Source: the human T2T-CHM13v2.0 reference genome, Homo sapiens
Direction: 5' to 3' (one strand)
DNA: 64,000 bases
Assembly (NCBI RefSeq): GCF_009914755.1
Contig: NC_060931.1
Shown: positions 1 to 14,824 of the stretch, one piece after another
How the letters are laid out: every line of letters begins with the position of its first letter
Numbering within the stretch: position 1 is the stretch's first letter
The notes under the pieces: generated by a model
Databases searched by the model: none
What the model was told of the DNA's origin: nothing
What the model saw: only the letters and a program-made list of their open reading frames with translations
Made by a program: the position numbers and the translations under genes

Positions 1-278
1 GTTCTAGGGACCTATTATACAGCAGAATGCCTATAGTTAGCAATATAGTACACTTTAAGAAATTGCAAAGAGGGTAGCTCTTGTGTTAAATATTTTTATC
101 ATAAAATATTAATAATAATAAAGAGGGCAGGAGGAAACTTTCGTAGGTGATGAACAGGTTTATGCTATAGATTGCAATGATCGTTTCACAGCTATTTACC
201 TCCAAATTCATCAAGTTGTGTACATTAAATATGTACAGCTTGCCTGTCAATCATGTCTCAACAAAGTGCTTTAAAAAT
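1..278 (+). mobile_element. L1MB-like LINE-1 3' end
   Basis: gggcaggaggaaacttt...gtgatg...catcaagttgtgtacattaaatatgtacag...aacaaagtg resembles L1MB 3'UTR. Confidence 0.75.
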
Positions 279-331
279 ATCACACCACCACATGAGAAAT
301 AATGGCTTGTGCATGCAGAAATATTAATTAC

Positions 332-352
332 CTGTTTCCTTTTCTGCTGGGC
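332..352 (-). CDS. CADPS2: Candidate CADPS2 21-nt microexon GCCCAGCAGAAAAGGAAACAG (inserts GPAEKET)
   Basis: tttgcttttctcctaaattctcttttcttatgttttag|21 nt|gtaatt; symmetric phase 1 matching upstream exon, no stop; TGCATG just downstream. Confidence 0.75.
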
Positions 353-2312
353 CTAAAACATAAGAAAAGAGAATTTAGGAGAAAAGCAAACTCTACCCTT
401 GTCGTTCATATAATGTAAAAGGCCACTTTCTAACTTAAGTTTGATTTGGTTCTTAGTCTAGTCCTGAGGATAAAACATAAATACTTTTTTTTTCTTTTTT
501 AAGAAAAAAGTAGGGGGAGAGGGAGATGATGAAAAACATGGAAGTTTTTCTCACCTAATGAGCAAGCATTTTGTTGTTGCTATTTTTTAAAGAAGACTGC
601 TCAGCATTCCTACCACAGTGGGTTGCTAGGATCCATTTTCCAGAATATTCTTCCATTAGACCAGAGATAAGAGAGAAGTGACTTCAGAAAGGGAAAAGGT
701 AGGAGAGTTTCCCGCTCACTGTCCATTGGGTACTACCATAGGCTCTTGTCTAACAGAGACTTGTTTTTATGTGTACAATAAAAAGGTTCTTTATCCATTT
801 AAAATGGATTCTATGGCTATAAAATACAAAGATAAAGTGCACTGCATATATCTTTTCTGTATCCGTGGACAAGTTAATAGTCAAAAATATTAACTCAGTT
901 GAGAGCAAAATGATTCTTACAGGTTTTTTTGGGTAGAGTACATAACATTTACATAAAACAATATGGTGTTTATTCAAGTTCCCCACAACTTTTATCTTTG
1001 CCAGATCTGAAAGGCTTTAATATGTCTATTTTAATATCATTTCTTCCAATCTGTGTCAGAATACTCAATGCTCCCAAAACATGAAAATTATTTGAATGAG
1101 TATTTAAGACTGAAACCCAATGTGTTTATCTTCCACTTTCCCCGAATGATCAAATGTTCATTGCTTTTGCTTTAACACAACATGATATCATAATTAATGA
1201 AGTTAAAATGGTAACTAAGGAGGTTTCATGTTGTTACTCTCGTGATATAATGTTGGTTGTTATGGTGATGAGATGGCTTTTTTGTTAATCACTCAGGAGG
1301 TTGGTTATCGTATGCTTGTTAGAAAGCTTGACCAGATTTGGAGAGAAGAAAGGAATAATAACACAAACAATTATCATCAATCTTTTTCCCTACCTGAATT
1401 TTGGTAAAACTATACTAATATCAACTGCTTCATAAATCTATGATTCCTTGAGTACCATTTTATATAAAAAGTTACTAAAATTTTATAAAGGATTATTTAC
1501 TTTTATTTTCAGGTAAGAAACTTTTATTTTCAGATAAGTATTTAACATTAACTGCATTTTTTCCCTCTATTAGTTAATCCTGCATGTATTATTATGAAAG
1601 CCAGTTTTATGACAATTTGAGCAAAAAATGTGAGGCCTGTTACTTTTAATTACATAAATTAATGTGTTGAATAAAACTGTTGAATAAAAGCTGATTTTGT
1701 GACTTTGCCACAAATTCCAATCTACTTATTTCTAAACATTTAAAAAATTAGTATCCTTAATGAATAAAGCCTGAAGAAAGAAAAAAAAAAAAAGCACAGT
1801 TCTCTCAAGAGATCTAATCTTTCAAATGCATCAGTACATTGCAAGCAATTAAAAACCGAAGGAAGTTCTATGAGTTTATTTCAGCCCTCAATAATCAACA
1901 AGTTTCTTTTTTGAGTGATACTGCAGAACAGAAAATAAAATTACATAATACTACACTGTTACTGATCAGGAAAGATTTTGCTGCCTATAGTTTAAATGTT
2001 AGACATACTTAAAGTACTGCCAAAAAATACAACCCATGAAAACACCTTTTGGTTTTTTCAAAACTCAAAATAAGAACAAAGGACAACTTAAGCACGAATC
2101 CTGGGTCTTTCATTCAAGCAGAGTCCCAGGAGGCATATTAAAGCAATGAATAGGAAAAAGCTCTTCAGTTCACCAGCTGAGATTTTAATGAGACATTTCC
2201 CTTTGCCATGGCACAGGATTGTTCAGGAAAGGAAAGGACTTCTCATAGAAAATTCAGTTACTAGGCATTGTTGGCTCTCACTGCCACTTCGACAATTGCT
2301 CACTGCACTGAC

Positions 2313-2436
2313 CTTCTATTTTGGCATATTCTGTGAGTCTAGTGTAATTGATCAAGGCAGCTTTCTCGAGACATTTTCTGACCACTTTCTTCACCTCTTC
2401 TGCTGGTATGGGAGTGGCAATATCTTTCATTAAAAC
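2313..2436 (-). CDS. CADPS2: CADPS2 coding exon, 124 nt ([41 protein letters not shown])
   Basis: cttcctctctctgtag|GTTTTA...ATAGAAG|gtcagt; phase 0 to 1. Confidence 0.96.
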
Positions 2437-5400
2437 CTACAGAGAGAGGAAGTGGAAGGGTGAGGGGCAGGGTTGGGGATAGACAGATGGAAGAAAAAAG
2501 ACAGATGTTGCATAAAATAAATACTAAAGACAAATTACACAAATTGTCCTTGATCTGACTATTATTAGGGAGAGGGGTCCTAGGTAACCTGGGGGGATGT
2601 AATGGGTCTGCAATGCACTTCCCAACTGAGAATGTAATCCTCCCACCTTAGCTCCTCCTAAGCCTAATTTATGCATATCAAAACCTCCCCTAGACCAGGT
2701 CACCATTCAGTGTGACTGTCACTTTTCTTCCAGGGACCCATGACACCATTAAAGCAGCTGTTTCAGATAAAGATTACAGTTCTCGGGACAAATAATAGTT
2801 TGTTTTGCACATCCCTAATTTAAAAGCCTTGAGTCTTTTGAGCAATATATTTGAGAACAATAACAAAAATTCCATTAAGAATAAGCATAATCTTTGAGCT
2901 CTGAAAAAAAAAAAATCAAGACCTCTAATCTCACTAAATTTTAATGATTGTGATTTGCTGTGAATACCACGGCAGTGTATTCAAAGAGGGAGAAGGAGAC
3001 CTCTTTGCCTTAGTGAAATGAATGCTTATGAAGTATCGAATGTTAAAATACATAAAAACTTTCTATGGTTTTAAAAAATAACTGATTATTCTCTGTTGGG
3101 CTCCTAAAATGTGTTTTTGGACTTTTCCTTTAAAAATGTTATTACTGGGCAAGGGGAAAATGCAATTACATCCAGAATTCAAAATGTAATGTATTTATAA
3201 ACACTGTTACATTGACTCATAATTTTCTTTAAAACCTTCATAATGATAAAACTGCTCACATTAAGTTTTGATTACACTATTAGTAAAACTATCTTTCTGC
3301 ATATTTAATGCATTTATTCTTGCTTTACTTTCATTCAGATTACAAAACATATGGCAGAATGTTAATATAGAGAAGACAATGCTTTCGTAAGTGCTCTATT
3401 TCTATGTCTTATATTGAAAGGAATATTGAAAGAATATGAAAACATCCATTTCATGCTGTATTATTTCATTCTCTTGTAAGTCAGCCTCAGCACTAAGGAT
3501 TTTATCATCCCTGATTTATTTAATCATCCAAGTATCAGTGACCTTTGACAACATTTTTTAAAGGCTACTCTTTGATGACATTTTAAATATTTTGTTAGGC
3601 AAGGTTTTCTTTTTTGAAAATAGCAAACTTTATCATTCTCTCTCTATCAAATTCAATTATTCTGACAAATATTTAGCACTTTAATTAGCACTGCACATTA
3701 GACTTTGCAGCCAGAAAAATCCTTTTGTGCATAGTAAAAAATATACATGCACCATTAAATGTGATTATTACTAAACTTTAAGATTAATTTTGTTTCATAT
3801 GCGGAACCACGAACGTTACTATTATACTTCCCATGGCAACAAACTTTACATAACAAAAATGGCTGTTAAAGTTAGAATGTATATGTCTCCCAGGTAATAT
3901 TTCATATTATCTGGGAACCAGAAACTTACTTTCTGGCAAAGTACAGGTAAAGGGCTGGCAAATGCAAAAAGGGAGATGCCAACCTCGATTTCCTGCTGCA
4001 TCCCATGTTCTTCCGAGGTATCATAGGTTTCAAGAATTCACATGCATATTTTTGTTTTACTTTTCAATATCAGTAAGTAAAGAGAAATAAAAATGAAGAA
4101 ATGACCCTTAACATTTCTGTCTCAATTCAGCAGGAGATGTGATCAGTGACTATAACTGGAATAAAGGTCCCTGTTCATCCTGCCACCTGTCAATGGAGGG
4201 CAGGAGGGCATCCTGCCATCACTAAGTCTTCCCTACTGGGGGGCAGAAAGGAGGCTCTGCCATGGAAACCAGGACATGGAGAAGCTGTATTAGGTACCCA
4301 CGATGGGATGTTGTTCCAAAAAATAAAGCAATCCTTAAGGATTTTTATTCATAATACCTTAATGAATAGGATGACATGAATACTTTGAAAAATCTGAGTT
4401 ATGTGCAGCTTTCAGTATTATAAAAATTCTAATAAAACATAATTACAACAATCACATTTCTATCACACAATCCACAACAATCAGGGATAAGACAGGGATA
4501 TAAAAATAAAATTAATCTGTAATCCTAAGATCTCATTTTAATCATCAGTTGTAGTCCTCATCTCCCAAGTTCTTAAATCAATGAAATGGAGATGTAATAT
4601 CTGGACAATGTCTTCTCTCTTTGCTTTTTAATAGAGATGCTAATAAACAATATAGTATCTAAAATTAATTCAGCAGAAAATGGACAAGATCAAGTGTTAG
4701 AAGTCAATAAATCAGGATTACAATAATCAAATTATGAGCTACAGATGAATCTAGAAATTCATTTTAATTCTGGTAAGAAATGGGAGTTGGCCACATTATT
4801 TAACTGTTAGCATCTAACAAGTATATGAATAAAATTACAGACAGATGAAAAAATACTGCTCTTTGAAACTTCAGTTGTCATAAAAATAGGAATAGAGAAT
4901 ATATTTTCCTTAAAAAATGATTTTTTTCACCTGGATTAAAAATCTTGTTTGCTGGTTATTTTGTGGGGGAGAAACATTTCTATAATATGTGAATTCATTT
5001 AAGGTAACACATACACTGGAATAATTGAAAGAAATTCTGAGATGAATATTGAATGAATGAAATGATATATTTGTGAATGGTAAATGATAAACTTGTTGGC
5101 ATGAGGACTACGACAGGTAGAAGTACAAATAAAGTTGGAGGATAATAAAAGACAACTGTAAAGTCTGAGAAGCAAAAACAATTATTCTTAACTGAAAAAA
5201 AAGTATTTCATGAGGGAAATAAAGAGGTAGGAAAAATGATTACTACCAAAAAGATGCCATAATATGAGGATAGGATTTCAGTGTGAGGCTTCAGAAAGGC
5301 TTCAGGGAGAATGAAGTGCTGTAGACAGAGTCTGAATGTAGTAAGAAAAGGTGAGAAACTCATGACTTGTGATGGAATCAGTAGAGAGCATAGAATAACG

Positions 5401-5483
5401 GGGTCTGTCTCCCTAGTTCAATAACTAAAATACACAGCAACTGAGAAAGCAAATAGTATTTATAAAGTAATGTTCAAACATAC

Positions 5484-5547
5484 CCTTTCAAGTAATGAAA
5501 GTGTAGCTTTTAGAGCACCTTCAGGTCGTCCAAAGGGAAAACAGTAT
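5484..5547 (-). CDS. CADPS2: CADPS2 coding exon, 64 nt (YCFPFGRPEGALKATLSLLER)
   Basis: ttctttctttgtttttaaag|ATACTGT...GAAAGG|gtatgt; phase 2 to 0; AAG acceptor. Confidence 0.96.
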
Positions 5548-7849
5548 CTTTAAAAACAAAAGAAAGAACAAAAGAGTCAAACATTTAATACCCAAGACTG
5601 CTAAATAATTCCTGCTTGTATTACTTGGCATTAATGAAGAACCATGAAACAAACAGAAAATATTATAGCATGAACTCATCCAGGGAAATTTTAACTATTA
5701 AAAGTTTACCTAACCCTAGGATTTCAAAGACTTAAACAATAAAAGTATAAGCTGTGATGAAAAAGGTTTTAAACGTTTTGATGATACTTGTTTTAAAAGA
5801 ATACAGTAAATAAAAGAACCTCAAGGGTCATGAGTAAAGCGATAATATGCATTCTGCAATAATTTCTTGTTTAAGAATTGTTATTCAAGTTCTAAGAGAA
5901 AATGAAATAATTTCCCTCATTTCCTCCTGTGGCTACTTGTGGTTTAGGGTGGCCACATATACCACAGCAAGATTCCAGCTCTTTCCTTTGCTGACATTTG
6001 CCTGTCTACCATGATGTCTAATTTTCTACCTCCCCATACAATACACATAAACCCTCTGCAGTTCTTTTGAATACAGTCATTTGTCCCAAATATTTCTAGT
6101 TCTACATATTCCTACTGCACACCAACAAATGAAGGACAGGTCATGGGGATGTTCTGAAATCAGTGTCAGACAAGGCTGGATTGTGAGTGGGCTACTCAGA
6201 ATTTCATGGCTACCTGATGGTAACAGGTTTATTGCTCTTTACCAGGGGGTCCTGCTTCAGGTCAATTTCCACTTAAACAATACTGAACATCAGGGCCATT
6301 TCATCTTTTTGGAGCTCCTTGCTTTGCTGAACCAGATTCAGCAAAGTGCCTCCTCCCAGGACTGCAGTTCCCACCTCAGGATCAAGTGCTACAGGCAGCT
6401 GGGCTGTACTTAGGATGGCACCTTGCTCTGACTTAGAAATCTGCAAACTAATAACTTGGAAAGAAGTTTATGTATCTCCATGTCATTTTGCATAAATCAG
6501 GCACTTGGTGGACATATTTTCTCAGATATAATAAAATTATATTTCTCACACCATAATTTAAACATATTTCCCCCAAAAGCACATATGTTAAGTTTAACTT
6601 GTTTTATACAACTATTTTTTAATAGAAGAGATTGATTTCTCCTTTTTAAAACAAAACAGCAGTTTAATTTATATTAGGATTGGATTTTATATTCGTGAAA
6701 CTTTCATTAGTCTCACACAGATGCAAATAAATGTTATATAAATCTAGTCACTCAAGTTTTTTTTTTAACAGAATATCACATTTATCATTGTATTTACTGC
6801 TAAAAATGTCCTTTCTTAATCTTGCTGCTACATACTCCGCTACTCTCCACCCACACGCACAAGAAAGCCATAACCAATTTATTTTGATAGTTTCTTCTGT
6901 GCAGTGGTGCTTTTAAGAGCATTAGCAAATTAGCAAAGTACCTTTAATCATTTTGTATATTATAAACCTTAATCCACGTTTAAATAAAACACAAATTGGG
7001 TTCTTGTAGTCCCCTCCCCCTGCTTAATCTTTTCAGTGTATTTGCATAATCCATCCATTGTCTTCCCTATTGTTTATTTCCATTAACCTGTGGGTGACAC
7101 ATTTTATGAATGGAATGTTACTGATCCCCAGATTACATTTAGCATTTCAGGGCTCTGAGGTCCCACTGGGTATGTTCTAAATTAGCATTAGCTGCCCATG
7201 ATGTGTAAATAATTCAACACATTTACGGAGTACAAGTAATCCTGAATCAATAAAGTACAGAAAATAACTACATAGAAGCTTAATTAATCTTTACAAAACA
7301 AGTTTTAAAAGAAGAGAAGCATTTTGTTCTGCCTTTCAGGCTAAATATTTTGGGTTTTTACCACTCTGGCAGCTCTATAACAGCAAAGCAAAGTGGAAAA
7401 CATTCAATTATCAAATAAAATTCAGCCACATTATATACCTAACATGAATAAACTGAAGTCAACCTTATTCCCATTTTGGCAAATTAATTGCACAGATAAA
7501 TAAACCAGCACAGATTTATCTTATAATTAAGCCCTTTTTGTTCCCTATTTTTAAATACAGTATTTTTTTTTTTTACCAAAGTGATATATACACATAGTTT
7601 AAAGAGGAAACTTCTTTTATCTTTTTTTTTTTTAAATGAAAGCCAGAAATCCTTTATGTCAGTTCCAGTTTCTGCTTTCTACAAAAAAAAAAAAAAAAAA
7701 AAAAAAATGCTGTCAACTTTTAGCTGATTCTTTTGGTATTTAAACTTTATATCCTTCAATTGTACATTAATATTTTTACTTCTTGACTTTTCAATTTTAA
7801 ATATTATCCTACTAACTTTCCACTACGGAAGAGAAGTATGTAGCCTTCA

Positions 7850-10090
<2,241 letters not shown>

Positions 10091-11471
10091 CTTAACTGGT
10101 TGTATATAACATATGGTAACAATAGTCCTTCTAATACATTTGGTTTACTAATTCTATATTTTGTGTCTTCTCAGTTTTGCTTGGTTGGCTTTTTAATCCT
10201 CTTCATTGATCATATTTTACTATTTTTCTATATACTTAAAATTTTTTCACCAGATGCTGGAGATAGTTTTGTCTTGTTGATGTCTAGATATTTTTGTATT
10301 CCTTTAAATATGCTTGATCTCTGTATTCAGGAATGCTCTTAAATTACCTGGAAACAGTTTGGCCTATTTGAATCTTGATTTTAATCCCCATTAGGTGAAT
10401 CAGAGTTGTGTTAATTTTTTTCCCATGGCTGAAGCAAAACCTAATGAGTACTCTATAGATTATAGTACTCTACTGATACCCATGAGTTGGTTTTCCACTC
10501 TGGGTAATGAAAACTAGAACTACCCCTGGTCCTGTGTGTTAGCATTAGAGATTCCCCCCATAAGCCTTTCCTGTGGTTCTTTGCCAGACTTTGGATAGTT
10601 TCCTCACATATATGAAATGATCAATACTTAACAGGAGACTCCAGGGAATCATTTGCAAATAGCTGTAGCTCTCTCCTCTCCTTTAGACCTCTGACCTGAA
10701 ATCTCTGGCTACCTTGGCCTCCCTGGAATTCCAGCTCTGCCTCTTCAAGTCAGAGAGTCCACTAGGCTCTACCTAGGTTCCTCCTTTCTGGATCATGGCC
10801 TGGAAATGCTCTTCTGGCAGTAAGCAGGTGCAACTAAAGGGCTTACTTCATTTCTTTTCCATTTCTCAGGAATCACTTTCATTGCTTTATGTTTAATGTC
10901 TTGAAAATATTTTTTCCCATTTTTGGGGCCTTTTTAAATTGTTTTGGGTGGGAGGCTAAATATAATCCCCTGCTGCTCCATCTTGGACATAAGTAGCTCC
11001 CTCTTTTTTTTTTTTTTTTTTTTTTTTTGACCACATTCCCCCACTATAAACAAAATTCCTGTCCCTTCCTTACTTCTAATATAGTAACATCATTTTGCAG
11101 GGGTTAGATCTAAATTCAGTATCTACATTACATTAGTTATGAGAATGTTCTAGACAACTGAGACACAGTATTTTCTATGATTACTTTCCATGCCTTGCTC
11201 AATAGTTTGTTCATAATTCATACTTATATTTGTTTTTGATGTCCTCTCTTTATACACTTAATCTAATACAATTCCAAATTCTAGTAAAAGTAGTACAATC
11301 TAATTAATACAACTCCAAGCTCTATTCCAAGTGGGCAAATATCTCAACATGTCAAAATATGTTTTATCAATTTAATCTACGTTGAAGCATTTTCTGACAT
11401 GCTCCAGTCAGAACTGATTGCTCTCTAAAATCAACTGTCACTTTGAGGGTCTCAATTAACCATCACTCTAG

Positions 11472-11823
<352 letters not shown>

Positions 11824-12247
11824 AGTTTCAGGGATCTTAGATCCTCTTTGTTTCCCCCTGGTTTTGGTAAATTCTACAGTTCACCAAAGGGAATATAAAA
11901 GGAACATTTTTTTTAGTGCATGTCTAAAAATATCATTATTCTACCATCACTGTTAATAGAAACTATTGCTGGTATAGAATTCTAGGTTGGAAATGATAGT
12001 TTCTCAGAATTATGAAGTTACTGTTTTCCAGATATCAGTATTGCTCCTCACATCAAAATGAAAGTTGAAGAAAAGGATCTTTTAAAGTTTTGTTCACTGT
12101 CTGACACAAAGTAGGAGCTCAATAAATATTTGTAGAATAAATCAATGTTGAGAAGTCATTCTAACTCATTGTATAAAATCTGGTTTCTCTTTCTGGAAGA
12201 TCTTAGGATTTTTTAATCCTTAAGTTTCTGAAAATTCATGAAATGTA

Positions 12248-12414
12248 CTTATAAAACCATCAGCTCTCATGAGACTCGCTCATCATCATGAGAACAGCAT
12301 GGGGGAAACCTCCCCTACCATCCAATTACCTCCACCCGGTCCCACCCTTGACAAACGGGGATTATTACAATTCAAGGTAAGATTTGGGTGGGGACACAGA
12401 ACCAAATCATATCA
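12248..12414 (+). mobile_element. THE1/MST (ERVL-MaLR) LTR 3' fragment
   Basis: cttataaaaccatcag...catgagaacagcatgggggaaacc...gatttgggtggggacacagaaccaaatcatatca. Confidence 0.88.
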
Positions 12415-12569
12415 GGATTGTATAGTACATATTTAGAGAAATTATCCAAAGATGATGTGCGTATAAGAGAAATAGAGAAACAAAACTTTAAGAGAGGACA
12501 GGAAACTAAAACGATACTAATACAAAATGAATACAATAAATGACGTGGACATCCCTGTCCACTACTATG

Positions 12570-13135
12570 TAGTTGTAGTTTTTGGGTGGTAGTGTGGGGA
12601 ATTGAAGTCCCTTGGTGAGTGGCTCTGATTAGTCTAACTCAATATAGCAATCCCATGTCCATGTCAGTGACTGATTGAGGCATCCCGTGCACAGAATTTC
12701 TCTGGCCACTGGTTTTGGTTCAAAACCAGGCTCATGAGATATAAAAAATACTTTGCTAGGATCTTCTAAGGAAACTTTTTATGATCTTAAGAGAAGACTA
12801 TAGAAAAATATAGCTTCTACGACTTCCTTTGAACACTGGCATGTATGAATGTGAGGCCAAGAAATTCTGTAGGCTTAACGGCTAAGGTGTGAGATAAAGA
12901 AAAAAAAAATAAAAAAATTATGTTATCTTACTACTAGTCTGGGGATGAAGCTATCCCATGAAAGAGAATAGCAATGTGAGAATCACAAAGAAAGAGAGCT
13001 GTGGCTACTGAATAAAGCTTGTCTTAAAGCTTGCCTGCTCGAGACCTGCAGGCAAGTGAGCATGCAAATTTATTTATTGTTTAAAACAGTTGGAGGCAGG
13101 ATTTCTATTGCTTGCAGTTGAAATCATTGATATAA
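12570..13135 (+). mobile_element. Old MLT1-like LTR
   Basis: 3' end aaatttatttattgtttaaaacagttggaggcaggatttctattgcttgcagttgaaa typical of MLT1H-K. Confidence 0.5.
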
Positions 13136-13283
13136 TAATGGGGACTTATTCAGTTACTAATATAGATATCTAAAATGATGGCTGGGTCTCAACGGTAGCA
13201 AAAAAGAGGGAAATTACACTGATTTTCATTGAAAGATACATAAAATACATTTAAAGGATTCTATACAACCTAGGAGACAACAC

Positions 13284-13583
<300 letters not shown>

Positions 13584-13739
13584 AAGGCAATGCTTTCAAC
13601 AACAGCAAATGCAGAAACACATCTCTAAAACTGCAAAATAATTTTTTATGTCTTCATTTTGTTTGTAAACTCAAAATCATTTCAGGCAGAGAATTCAATC
13701 TTAACTCTGTAAGTTGAATTCAGCTATGCTATCTACAAC

Positions 13740-13927
13740 AGTGTTTCCTAATGTAAATTTACTGGCCTTTTTGGGCAGAATATTTCTCCACTGTGGGATT
13801 GTCTCATGTACTGCACTTTTAAACCCAGCACTAAATGACTCCCTACCCCTGGTTATCATGACAATGAAAATCATACCTTATTCACTTACTCTAAGGTACT
13901 GCTACTAGCCCCAGTTGAAAAATCACT
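13740..13927 (-). mobile_element. Degenerate MER20-like hAT MITE
   Basis: cagtgtttcct...ttttgggcagaatatttct...ccccagttgaaaatcact; resembles the reverse of the element at 46204. Confidence 0.45.
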
Positions 13928-14146
13928 AATGTAGGGGAATAGATTTATAGTATATACTATGAGATTTTCTCCTTTCAATATCATTTAAAAAAATCACAGA
14001 GTCTAAGACCTTTATATTATCAGGAAACATAACAAAAAAGAATAATAATGAGGCAATAACAGATCAGGAAGAATAAGAAGATAAAGAAACGGAGTCTCAG
14101 CATGGTCATACAGCATTCATATGGTTAAATAAAATATTTTTGTGAA

Positions 14147-14270
14147 CATATTCACTAAGTTTATTTTTTAAATAAGTGCAAATTAAGAGCATATTCACTA
14201 CGTTTATTTTTTAAATAAGTGCAAAATAAGAGCATATTCACTAAGTTTATTTTTTAAATAAGTTCCAAAT
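14147..14270. repeat. 43-bp tandem repeat, about 2.9 copies
   Basis: catattcactaagtttattttttaaataagtgcaaattaagag starting at 14147, 14190, 14233. Confidence 0.95.
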
Positions 14271-14492
14271 CACATGCATGCAACATAGCAGACAGGTTAT
14301 AAGACACAATACATTATGTGGTGACATTTTATAGGCCTAATAATAAGGGAGAAAAAGAAAATATGTTAGCATATTTCTGTTTTTAATTATTAAGTTCTGT
14401 TGAACTAACTATAACCAGGAGAAAAGAAATATTATCAAGGTATTTATCTTTTACTCTGTAAATGTTTGAAATGTTTCTTAGTATTGGTGGCC

Positions 14493-14805
14493 TTTTTTTT
14501 TTTTTTTTTTTTTTTTTTGAGACAAGGTCTCATGCTGTCGTCCAGGCTGGAGTGCAGTGGTGTGATCATAGCTCACTGCAGCCTCGACCTCCCCAGAATC
14601 AGGTGATCCTCCCACCTCTGCCTCCTGAGCAGCTGAGACTACAGACATGCACCACCATGTCTGGCTGGTTAAGTTTTGTATTTTTTATAGAGATGGGGTT
14701 TCACCATTTTGCCCTGTCTGGTCTTGAACTCCTGGTCTCAAGTGATCAAACCCACATGGCCTCCCAAAGTGTTGGGATTACAGGCATGAGACTCTGTGAC
14801 TGGCT
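14493..14805 (-). mobile_element. AluJ-like SINE
   Basis: long polyT, gagacaaggtctc...gatcatagctcactgcagcctcgacc...gggattacaggcatgag. Confidence 0.92.
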
Positions 14806-14824
14806 GATAGCTAATTTTTTGAGC

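Noticed and set aside
2146-2433. Antisense ORFs over exons (also 38379..38606)
   Set aside because: Shadow frames of coding exons with no independent support.
3827-3840. cttcccatggcaac RFX-like site
   Set aside because: Only one good half-site; expected by chance.
3930-4059. Possible poison exon (gaaaag|TAA...AAA|gtaagt, contains TGCATG)
   Set aside because: The donor is fair, but the acceptor is purine-rich and separated from its pyrimidine tract; too weak to call.
14147-14270. Direct repeats as a CRISPR-like array
   Set aside because: Units are contiguous with no unique spacers, and the context is a eukaryotic intron.
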